A DNA stretch of 64,000 nt from Myxococcota bacterium (GTDB taxonomy: Bacteria; Myxococcota_A; Polyangia; Polyangiales; Houyiibacteriaceae), in NCBI GenBank assembly GCA_039030515.1, contig JBCCEA010000006.1, forward strand, positions 1 to 64,000, given 5' to 3'. Position 1 is the stretch's first letter. The number at the start of each line of letters is the position of its first letter. The notes below the pieces were generated by a model. It did not search any database and was not told the DNA's origin. It saw only the letters and a list, made by a program, of their open reading frames with translations. Below are positions 18,419 to 28,828 of the stretch, in pieces. The translations under genes were made by a program, and so were the position numbers.

Positions 18419-19652
18419 CCATGTGCGCACGCGTCGGCGCAAGGGAACGCTGCATATCGTCAAGCTCAGTGCTGAATCTAAGATGAGAGCGCTCGAACTG
18501 GCGGGCGGGATGATCCGTGCCGCGAAGGAACATGTCGGTTCGACGCGCGCAGAGCTCGAAGAAGCGATGGCGGCGTTACCGATATCGCACCAAGACCGCA
18601 AAATCTCAGAGGGCTTGAAGAAGCTGGTGTTCGATCGCTGTGAAATCGAGATGGATGCGACTGTGGACCCGGTCGAGCTTCGGATGAAGGTATTTACACT
18701 TGCGGCAGAGATGCGCCGGGAAGCGGTAGGGCCCGAGGAGTACGATCGCAAAGAGGTATTTGCACGAGTCGCTGAAGAACTCGACCGGTCGGTAGACGAA
18801 ATAGAGTCTTTGCTCCAGTCCGATCTCCGGCAGCATCATCGGGTACGCTCTTTTGCATCACTGTCGCAGGAGCAGCTTCTTGCGCTTTATGAAGAGGGGC
18901 AGGCGCAGGCGATACTTCTCAAGGCGCTGCGCGTCCGAGTGCACGTGTTTTGCAGAACCCCTGCGGGATACCGAGCACTGTTCCGCAAGCTGAAGTTCCT
19001 CCGTCTGATGCACACGATCGAACGAGCTGATGCCGGGTTTCGAATCGATATCGACGGACCGTGCAGCCTTTTCTCCTCTGTCACCAAGTACGGTTTGCAG
19101 CTTGCGCTAATCCTGCCGCTGCTCCGGACGTGCAGCCGGTATACGCTTTCTGCACAGGTTCGCTGGGGTAAGGACAAGACTCCGCTTGAGTTTCAGTTGG
19201 AAGGTCAGTCCACCGCGGAGGGAGACGATCCTCAAGAGCTTCCGCCAGAGGTAGAGGTCTTCCTCGAGCGTTTTCGAAAGAAATCTAAAGAGTGGCGTGT
19301 GTCGATTGCCCAAGAGATCTTTCATTTACCCGGAGTCGGTGAATGCGTTCCCGATCTCGTTTTCGACCATTCTGAGACGGGAAAGCGAGTGTTCCTCGAG
19401 GTTTTAGGCTACTGGAGTCGAGATGCAGTCTTCAAACGAGTGGAGCTTGCCGAGCGAGGTCTGCCTCGACCTATCTTATTTGCGGTACCCAAAAAATTAC
19501 GCGTGAGTGAGGAGCTGCTCGAAGAGTCATGGAACGCCCAGCTCTATGTGTACAAGCAGTCGCTCTCGGTCGCTGAGATTTTGAGCCGACTCGACTCCCT
19601 TATGAGCCCCGCTTCCGGTGAGGCTCAGCTCGACGTTTTTTCGCCTTTGTAG
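18405..19652 (+). CDS. DUF790-family (Bax1-like) endonuclease
   Basis: Starts (M)LTAD after GGAGAG and overlaps the helicase stop. IDGP.SLF....KYG and PD...LEVLGYW nuclease-like motifs. Confidence 0.85.
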   Translation: MLTADHVRTRRRKGTLHIVKLSAESKMRALELAGGMIRAAKEHVGSTRAELEEAMAALPISHQDRKISEGLKKLVFDRCEIEMDATVDPVELRMKVFTLAAEMRREAVGPEEYDRKEVFARVAEELDRSVDEIESLLQSDLRQHHRVRSFASLSQEQLLALYEEGQAQAILLKALRVRVHVFCRTPAGYRALFRKLKFLRLMHTIERADAGFRIDIDGPCSLFSSVTKYGLQLALILPLLRTCSRYTLSAQVRWGKDKTPLEFQLEGQSTAEGDDPQELPPEVEVFLERFRKKSKEWRVSIAQEIFHLPGVGECVPDLVFDHSETGKRVFLEVLGYWSRDAVFKRVELAERGLPRPILFAVPKKLRVSEELLEESWNAQLYVYKQSLSVAEILSRLDSLMSPASGEAQLDVFSPL

Positions 19653-19842
19653 GGGTCCCTCGGCATGAAGGTACTGGCGATCGTCCATCGAAATACATCA
19701 GGCCGGTGCGCATCGATCGCACAGGCATAAAAAGCGTGTGATATCAGATACTTAGATGCAAGTCGATGCCTTGCCAGCTGCGCGCAGACAGGCTACAGTC
19801 CGCCTTCACCGAGGCAGTCGTAGCACTGTCGTTTTGAACTAA

Positions 19843-22311
<2,469 letters not shown>

Positions 22312-22336
22312 CGAGACCCGGCAGCAGGTTGTGCGC

Positions 22337-22369
22337 CGCCCCTCCCAGCAAGTCGGCTTTGGAGGGGCG
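22337..22369. terminator. GC-rich hairpin between gyrB and the convergent gene
   Basis: CGCCCCTCC (22337-22345) pairs with GGAGGGGCG (22361-22369); no clear U-tract. Confidence 0.4.
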
Positions 22370-22402
22370 CCAGGGCGCTTCAGAGCAACCGCTGATGCGG
22401 AC

Positions 22403-23848
22403 TCATTCTTGTTCTCTCATCCCCTGAAACTGGCCTTGAAACTCCCCCGGCCCGAAGGTCCCGTACCAAATACCTTCCTCGATGAGATTCGCTTTCTCGG
22501 AGGTGGGAAACGCTCCCCGAAGAGTGAAGAGCTCAGCGTCGAAAGCGATTTCCGACATGGACCGCTCGAGGTCAGCGAGCAGTCCGTCCCTTATGTTGAG
22601 GCAGACGTTTCGAGCGAAGTTGTCCAAGGAATTCTGAGGCAGGGCATCTCCTATCGATTCGCAAAAATCCGTAAGCAACTGGTTTACTAAATCGCTTAGC
22701 GTCCGGAGCTCTCGCTCGCTCGCCTCAAAGACCAAGGTATCGAGAATCCAGACGACGGCGGGTCCAAGAGTGATCGCGACAGGATGCGGATGGATGTGCA
22801 GCATGCCGCAAACCGCATCGGCTTCAAAAGCAGCAGGCTCGAGATGTCGACCGAAGATCTCCTCCGGTGTGCCTCTAAAGATCCGGGTTGGCCCTTCCAA
22901 AGAACCGAGTGTATCGCGATACTCAAAACGCACCTCGTTCCAGTGATGTTGACCCCGGTATCGATCCGCCGCCAAGCCTGCGGAGAACTCGATCGACTCA
23001 CGGATATGCCAGGTGCCTATCGAATCGTTGAGCGTGAGCACGGCATCGATCGCGTCGGCATAAGGGGCGACATGCGCTGCCACGTGATCCTCTAAAATTC
23101 CCGCCAAGACACTCTGAAGTACAAAACCGAAAGGAATCGTTTCAGGGTCCCAGTCACCGATAACGAAACGATAAATCGCAGAGAACGAGTCTAATGCGGT
23201 AGAGAGCGCGGGCGGCAGGCTGTCCCGGAGATGGAGCTCCGTCTCAACGGACCAGGACCCAGCGTAGTCCGGATGGGATATGCCGCATTCCTGGTTGCCC
23301 TGGCATAGGCCCTCCAAACAGATCAGGCCTTGAGGGCATGAGTCTTCTTCGCCGCAGGTGCAGTCTTCATGCAGGATGCAGGTTTCCTGAACCATGCAGC
23401 CTTCTTGCGTGCATGACCAGCCGGGCGGGCAGTCTGCGGTAGTGGTGCATTCGCAAAGGCCGAGCGCTCCGCAGGAACGTGATCCGGGGCAGAACGATCC
23501 ATCAGGGCACGGCGTCGGAGCTTCTGGATCTCTGCTGCATCTTCCACCGATGCAGTATGCGTACAAGTCACAACTTGCATCGAATTCGCATAGTTCTCCC
23601 TGGGGATCCCTGGGAATGCAGCGGTCATTTCGGCATTCGTTGGTTGGGCACAGGCATCCTTTGCCTGCATCGGGAGTAAATTCTGCGTTTGGAGTGTCAC
23701 TACATTCGGCATCCAAACAAGAAGCTACTCCCGCATCGAGCGATCCGTAGTCGATATGCGCGTCTGCATCGGGCGCAGCGTCCTTTCCAGTGCAGGCCAT
23801 GGAACACAGAAGTAGGAGGTAACTGAGGCGTTGAGTTGTCTTTGACAT
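22403..23848 (-). CDS. Cys-rich putative lipoprotein
   Basis: Signal peptide ending SMAC; N-terminal repeats of C-x4-DC-x5-C-x4-C type; uncharacterised C-terminal domain. Confidence 0.75.
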   Translation of the reverse strand: MSKTTQRLSYLLLLCSMACTGKDAAPDADAHIDYGSLDAGVASCLDAECSDTPNAEFTPDAGKGCLCPTNECRNDRCIPRDPQGELCEFDASCDLYAYCIGGRCSRDPEAPTPCPDGSFCPGSRSCGALGLCECTTTADCPPGWSCTQEGCMVQETCILHEDCTCGEEDSCPQGLICLEGLCQGNQECGISHPDYAGSWSVETELHLRDSLPPALSTALDSFSAIYRFVIGDWDPETIPFGFVLQSVLAGILEDHVAAHVAPYADAIDAVLTLNDSIGTWHIRESIEFSAGLAADRYRGQHHWNEVRFEYRDTLGSLEGPTRIFRGTPEEIFGRHLEPAAFEADAVCGMLHIHPHPVAITLGPAVVWILDTLVFEASERELRTLSDLVNQLLTDFCESIGDALPQNSLDNFARNVCLNIRDGLLADLERSMSEIAFDAELFTLRGAFPTSEKANLIEEGIWYGTFGPGEFQGQFQGMREQE

Positions 23849-23984
23849 GCCCCCCTATATTCCAAGATCTGGACCAGCCGATCAGGCCCTTCGCCCTACT
23901 GAATATATTGGAGAATTCGCCTGGTGCATCCTCGTCTCCGTTGGCGGCCGACACGGTTTCGCCGGCGTCCGCCGCCAGGGCTCG

Positions 23985-25322
23985 CTATCTCGACCGAAGG
24001 GTGAGCTCCGCAAGAAGCTCGTTTTCAATGGCCTCTGTGGGCGTCGTTTCGGGTAGAGCAGTTCGACGGTCTCTTCGGGAAAAGAACAAAATGTGGTCAC
24101 CGGCTCGAACCGTTTGCGTCACTGAGTTGAGCAGTTCGGTATGCGAGGTTACAGGCGCAGAGCAAGTACTACCGAGCTCCCTTTTTTGGGCGATGGCGGC
24201 AGCACTAAGGCACCCATCCGAGCGTTCAGGCGCCACGGGACTGGGCGGCTCAAGGCAATGAAAAAACCAAGCGAGATCTGCTTCTGCAAGAACGTCCGAG
24301 AGTTTTGGATCTAGCTCCTCAGCTGCGTTTTCGAGCTCAAAGCACACGCATAGTCTGCCCGGTTCATCGCCCAGTCTGATACGTGCTGAGTGAATTGCCT
24401 GGCGCATCTCCCAAGTCGTTTCGGTCCAGCAATCGTAGATATAAGTCCCGGCAGCGATACCGATACACTGCTCATGGCCTTCCACGCCTTGGAACTCAGC
24501 GAGGTTGCTCGATAGCGACTGCATTCGAACAGCAAATAAATCTGCCGCGACGATGATCGCGCCAAGTGCACAAAGAACGCCTTCTTTGCCGAGCAGTGCT
24601 GAAGTCATTCGGCCACAAAACGTACCGCCAGCGAATAGATCGAAGGCCTGGGTGGAGCTGCTTGGCTCTGCGAGCGCAGCGCACCAGGTCGGGGGCGTGG
24701 TGCGATCAAGATCTTTTTGCAGTCCATAGTATATTACTTTGCAGCGAGCGTGGGAGATGACCTCCAAGAGAGCTTCATCAGCTGTTGGAGCCACAAGACA
24801 GCCGTTTGCAGGTATCGATGCAATGAGTTTTTTGAGTGCATCACGTTCGGTTGTCGATGCTGTGCTGTGCGGATCGCCCTCCGTTGCGGTCACGAGCACC
24901 ACTTGAGGTTTGCCCCCGAGAATTGAGGAGAGCTCGTTGGCGCTTCCCTCACAGATGATAGGACTCTTCTCGCCGCCAGGCATCGAGCGCCTTGGCAGGT
25001 CGAGAGGTCGTGAGGTGAGCGCGAATCCGGGTGTTCGACCCTCGCGATAGAGTAAGAACGCGAGCAGGGCGGCGGTGACCGTGCGTCCATGTGTGCCCAC
25101 AACCGCGATCGAGGAGCGGACGCCCCCGGCGAGCTTGGCGAGCTCATCGGACGTGAACCGAGGTATGCCAGGTTCGCGCGCCGCCCGGGGTTGTCCGGGG
25201 TCGGCACTGCATGAACGTCCGATCGGCGGGGGCGTATGGTCGACCGAGCGATCAGCTTTTTGCAGTGCGTCTCCGGTCGTCGTCTCAATAGGGTGGTTGG
25301 CGTCGATGATTGGGATGCGCAC
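23985..25322 (-). CDS. Mur ligase (Mpl/MurC-like) homologue with degenerate active-site motifs
   Basis: AVVGTHGRTVTAALLA...PGF, LAEFQGVEG and V..GDHILFFS follow the Mpl domain order, but key residues are substituted. Confidence 0.7.
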   Translation of the reverse strand: MRIPIIDANHPIETTTGDALQKADRSVDHTPPPIGRSCSADPGQPRAAREPGIPRFTSDELAKLAGGVRSSIAVVGTHGRTVTAALLAFLLYREGRTPGFALTSRPLDLPRRSMPGGEKSPIICEGSANELSSILGGKPQVVLVTATEGDPHSTASTTERDALKKLIASIPANGCLVAPTADEALLEVISHARCKVIYYGLQKDLDRTTPPTWCAALAEPSSSTQAFDLFAGGTFCGRMTSALLGKEGVLCALGAIIVAADLFAVRMQSLSSNLAEFQGVEGHEQCIGIAAGTYIYDCWTETTWEMRQAIHSARIRLGDEPGRLCVCFELENAAEELDPKLSDVLAEADLAWFFHCLEPPSPVAPERSDGCLSAAAIAQKRELGSTCSAPVTSHTELLNSVTQTVRAGDHILFFSRRDRRTALPETTPTEAIENELLAELTLRSR

Positions 25323-25354
25323 CGAATAAATCTAGGTTTACGGGAATGATGGAG

Positions 25355-25852
25355 CTAGTAGCCGACGATTTTTTCGATCGTGTCGCGAGCTCTGCCAACC
25401 ACCAGCGACTCTAGCACCTTACGCACCTTGGGATAGTCGGCCAACACCCGCTCAATGCGGTGTTTTTCGAAGGCGACCGCATCCACCTCGGTTTTTGCAG
25501 TTACGGTTGCTGTTCGGGGCTGACCGGTAAGCACGGATACCTCGCCAATGCATGCTCCGCGGCTTAGTTCTGCAAGGTGTACCGTACCGCTCGGAGTCTG
25601 TGTCTCCACGAGCACGGTACCTCTCATCACGATCAGCATGCTCTCGCCCGTTTTACCCTCCGCGAACAGCGTGTCTTTTGGTGCGAATGTGGTGACATAA
25701 CCACTTTCGAGCACCCTCTGCCGTCCGACATCGTCGAGCGACTTGAAAAGATGGCTGCTGGAGACGATTGCATGCATCTCTTGGGTGAGGTCGGTGAACT
25801 CCTGCTTCGCAAGTGCTCGTGCAAACTCGGGAATATCGGAAGGGCGGGTCAC
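25355..25852 (-). CDS. Cyclic nucleotide-binding domain protein (start uncertain; ORF extends to 26008)
   Basis: LFAEG..GESM.IV..G.V.V and IGEVSVLTGQPRTATV phosphate-binding cassette. Confidence 0.85.
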   Translation of the reverse strand: MTRPSDIPEFARALAKQEFTDLTQEMHAIVSSSHLFKSLDDVGRQRVLESGYVTTFAPKDTLFAEGKTGESMLIVMRGTVLVETQTPSGTVHLAELSRGACIGEVSVLTGQPRTATVTAKTEVDAVAFEKHRIERVLADYPKVRKVLESLVVGRARDTIEKIVGY

Positions 25853-25970
25853 TTCTCCATGGTAGCCGACTTGATGATTTTTTCGCAATTGCACGACCAA
25901 GGTTGACACCCGTCGCGAACATTCAAATAGTGAATAAAGGAACTGAGAGCACCACGAGAAACGAGTTTGG

Positions 25971-26231
25971 ATGAGCGAACATCGGGGGAGTGCCGGCATC
26001 TGGATCACGAATCAGCGCAACCGCGCGGCATTGGGCAAGGTGGCTCGAACAGGGCCGAACATTCGAGCCGAGCTCAACGTTCGAGTAGGCAAGGTCCGAG
26101 AAGCCATCGACAAGTGTATCGAAGGACTGATCGAAGTTGCTCAAGCCGTACTGGATGTAGTGGAAGGTAAGAAGGCTCCGATTCCAATCCCAGTTCGGGT
26201 CTCTAACCCCACTCGCTACCGCCGTCGCTAA
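25971..26231 (+). CDS. Small hypothetical protein
   Basis: 86-aa ORF filling the intergenic gap; amphipathic helix followed by a PIPIPVR motif. Confidence 0.5.
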   Translation: MSEHRGSAGIWITNQRNRAALGKVARTGPNIRAELNVRVGKVREAIDKCIEGLIEVAQAVLDVVEGKKAPIPIPVRVSNPTRYRRR

Positions 26232-26232
26232 A

Positions 26233-27474
26233 TCAGAGCATCCCGCTGAGTCGAAGCTCATTTCTTTCAAGTGGAAGTTTGGGCGAAGCGTAACGATTGA
26301 ATGCACGTAGATATCGCTTTGCGAGCAGCATCCGATCTTCCTCTGCGGCACCGAGCGAGGTTCGAGCCAACACGCCAAACTCCCCTCCCAAATCGTATGC
26401 TACTGCGGGAAATACAACCCAAAGGCGCTCTCGCCTGCTCGCTGCCCGATATCCAAGTCGCCCCAAAAAAGGCAGCATGGCCTTGGGAAAGCGACCTCGA
26501 CTGAAGTTGAGCGTGCGCTGCACGATGTTTTTCGCGGATGGACTTTCACGCGTGACAATGGCGGCTAGCGCGATACCCGGGTAGTCACTCCATCCGAGAT
26601 GAGGCCGGCATAGTCTACGTCTCTCACAGTCTAGGTGGACCGGTGCCAGCGTTTCCAGCAACCCTTGGTTCCACTCTCCGAGACTGGTGTTGTCGTAGAG
26701 TCCGTAGTTTGGCTCGAAACGGAACTCGACTGCCGAGCGATACAGGTCTCGGAATGCCTCAGAGACTTCGGTGTGTTGGAGCATGCGCTTCTTTTTTTCT
26801 GAGTCCCGCACGTCATATTCGCCCAAGAAGTGCAGTAACGCGTCACCGTAGCCGATGATGGCCTGGATTCCGTGGTCGATGACCGCTCGCCGCATCGATT
26901 GGCCCAGCTCTGATTGGCCCAGCTCTGAGCGGAGGAGAATCAAGTCGCTTACCAGCAGCTGGGTGCCCAAATGCACAATCGAACTTTGGACGTGGCTGGG
27001 ATCGATCTTGTCTACGCTGAACTTTGATAAAGAAACCGCAAAATCTGGGTCACCGAGAAGTACCTTGTGTCCTAGACGCATATCGCACCATGTCGTCAAG
27101 CAGGGCGCACGTTTGAGCCGAGCTTCCGAAATGACGTCGATGTGTACCTGCGCTTCGTATTTTGAAGTGAAATGTGAAAGCGCAGCGTCTGCCAGTCTTT
27201 TTAGGGTGAGGGTTTTGCCTCTCGAGATGATGAGGATTTCAAAATCTCCGTAAGGCCGAGGGAGAATCTGAGAAAGATCGATGCCTCCTTCTCCGCGCCC
27301 GTAGCTTCCGATGAGAAGCACGCTGCGATAACGCTCCGGATCAAGTGCGCTGGCGAGCGTATCTCTCAATTCGGTCAGCATCGAGCTCGCGAGTGCTTCG
27401 ACGTTCACGTCGCCTCGATAGGTGAGCTGGTTCCAGGGGGTGATGGGGTAGGAAGATTCGATCGGACGGTTCAT
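26233..27474 (-). CDS. Pol-beta superfamily nucleotidyltransferase-like protein
   Basis: LLIGSYGRGEG...PYGDFEILII and a later HIDV strand. Confidence 0.65.
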   Translation of the reverse strand: MNRPIESSYPITPWNQLTYRGDVNVEALASSMLTELRDTLASALDPERYRSVLLIGSYGRGEGGIDLSQILPRPYGDFEILIISRGKTLTLKRLADAALSHFTSKYEAQVHIDVISEARLKRAPCLTTWCDMRLGHKVLLGDPDFAVSLSKFSVDKIDPSHVQSSIVHLGTQLLVSDLILLRSELGQSELGQSMRRAVIDHGIQAIIGYGDALLHFLGEYDVRDSEKKKRMLQHTEVSEAFRDLYRSAVEFRFEPNYGLYDNTSLGEWNQGLLETLAPVHLDCERRRLCRPHLGWSDYPGIALAAIVTRESPSAKNIVQRTLNFSRGRFPKAMLPFLGRLGYRAASRRERLWVVFPAVAYDLGGEFGVLARTSLGAAEEDRMLLAKRYLRAFNRYASPKLPLERNELRLSGML

Positions 27475-27503
27475 GGGACTAAGTATTTTTGGGGCATGAA
27501 AAA

Positions 27504-27517
27504 TAGGGCTACCCCTA
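27504..27517. promoter_or_regulatory. Possible operator TAGGG-N4-CCCTA in a divergent intergenic region
   Basis: Perfect 5-4-5 palindrome in an AT-rich stretch upstream of the NTase gene; short enough to arise by chance. Confidence 0.2.
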
Positions 27518-27662
27518 AAAAGTGCTCGGTCGAGCTACGTTGTATGTGGGTATGATATCGTTTTGCCTGCTGCTCTCGGCAAGCACTTTGCCGTTACGGA
27601 CTGCGATAAACGGAAATTGTATCCGGGATGTTGGATACCGGGAACAATCCCGCCTGGAGTGA

Positions 27663-28496
27663 TTGCAACTCGTGAGCAGAGATCAAGATGCGAGGCCATC
27701 CGAGCGGAGCCCGCCTCAGCAAAGTCGTGGGTTGGACACGGTGGATCGGCATCCCGATGAGGCTAGCGTGAACACACTCCCAGCTGGCCCCTGCAGCGCT
27801 GCGCACGGACTGACCGCAACAGCTGAAGGGTTCAGCGAGACGGGGCGCCGCAGTTCGAATCAAGACGCCTACCTTGCTGGGGTGGAACTGTTTGCGGTCG
27901 CTGACGGCATGGGGGGTTACGTCGGTGGTGAGATCGCGAGCTCTTTGGCTCTTGAGGCGCTCCAGCATCGTCTTGAAGGGTGCGAAGATCTCGATGCGAT
28001 CGCAGCGATCAAATCAGCATTTCAGGCGGCCCAGCACGCAGTGGTGGAGCGTAGTTTTGGTGCGCTTTCGGAAATGGGCACCACGCTTTCTGCGATCTTT
28101 GTACGCAAAAGGTCGGTACTGGTGGCTCATGTGGGTGACAGTCGAGTCTACCGCTACCGTAAAGGTCGGCTTCGCCTTTTGACCGTGGATCACACGGTTT
28201 CCCAGCTGCTTTCGGATCACCTGAGAGGAGCTCGAGTCCCTAGCTCGACGCCCGGTGTTTGGAGCGGTGTGCTCACGCGATGCATCGGATCTCACGGTGG
28301 AGGCGAGCCCGATGTATCGGTACTCGCCGGCTGCGTAGGAGATCGCTTTCTGCTTACTACGGACGGACTCGACGTGCTTAACCACGAGCAAATCGAAGCG
28401 ATGATGGCGAACTCAGCACCTCGGCTCCTTGTCGAGGCTGCACTTGAGGCGGGCAGTCTCGACAACGTCACCGCTCTCGTCGTTGAGCTGCGCTAA
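27663..28496 (+). CDS. PP2C-family Ser/Thr protein phosphatase (start may be GTG 27768)
   Basis: R..NQDA, AVADGMGG, MGTT, HVGDSRVY, TTDGL and GSLDNVT. Confidence 0.9.
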   Translation: MQLVSRDQDARPSERSPPQQSRGLDTVDRHPDEASVNTLPAGPCSAAHGLTATAEGFSETGRRSSNQDAYLAGVELFAVADGMGGYVGGEIASSLALEALQHRLEGCEDLDAIAAIKSAFQAAQHAVVERSFGALSEMGTTLSAIFVRKRSVLVAHVGDSRVYRYRKGRLRLLTVDHTVSQLLSDHLRGARVPSSTPGVWSGVLTRCIGSHGGGEPDVSVLAGCVGDRFLLTTDGLDVLNHEQIEAMMANSAPRLLVEAALEAGSLDNVTALVVELR

Positions 28497-28797
28497 GCAG
28501 GCACGTCTTCGGATCCGGCCCGTTCGATGCCGTTACCGGCGCCGGTTCAAGCAGATGCGCCCGGAGCCGTCTGACCCTCTTATAAAGGTGGTCCGTAGCG
28601 AGCGCGACGGTTCCTACGCAGACGATCGTCGCTCCGACAGTCACCGCTGCAGCCTGGCCATTCCAGAGGATGCCTACCGGTATCGCTGCGACCGAAAAGA
28701 GCATGAGATAGGGCAATCGGTGGGTCCAGCGTTCGACGTGTTGCTCGCGCTGAAGAAGGCGACCACGTACACCGGGCTCGAAGTGTTCAACGCTCAT
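28468..28797 (-). CDS. Small hypothetical membrane protein
   Basis: 109 aa with two hydrophobic segments; directly downstream of clpB on the same strand. Confidence 0.5.
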   Translation of the reverse strand: MSVEHFEPGVRGRLLQREQHVERWTHRLPYLMLFSVAAIPVGILWNGQAAAVTVGATIVCVGTVALATDHLYKRVRRLRAHLLEPAPVTASNGPDPKTCLLSAAQRRER

Positions 28798-28828
28798 ACT
28801 ACCGGCGTGGGGTCGGCAGCATGGTGCG

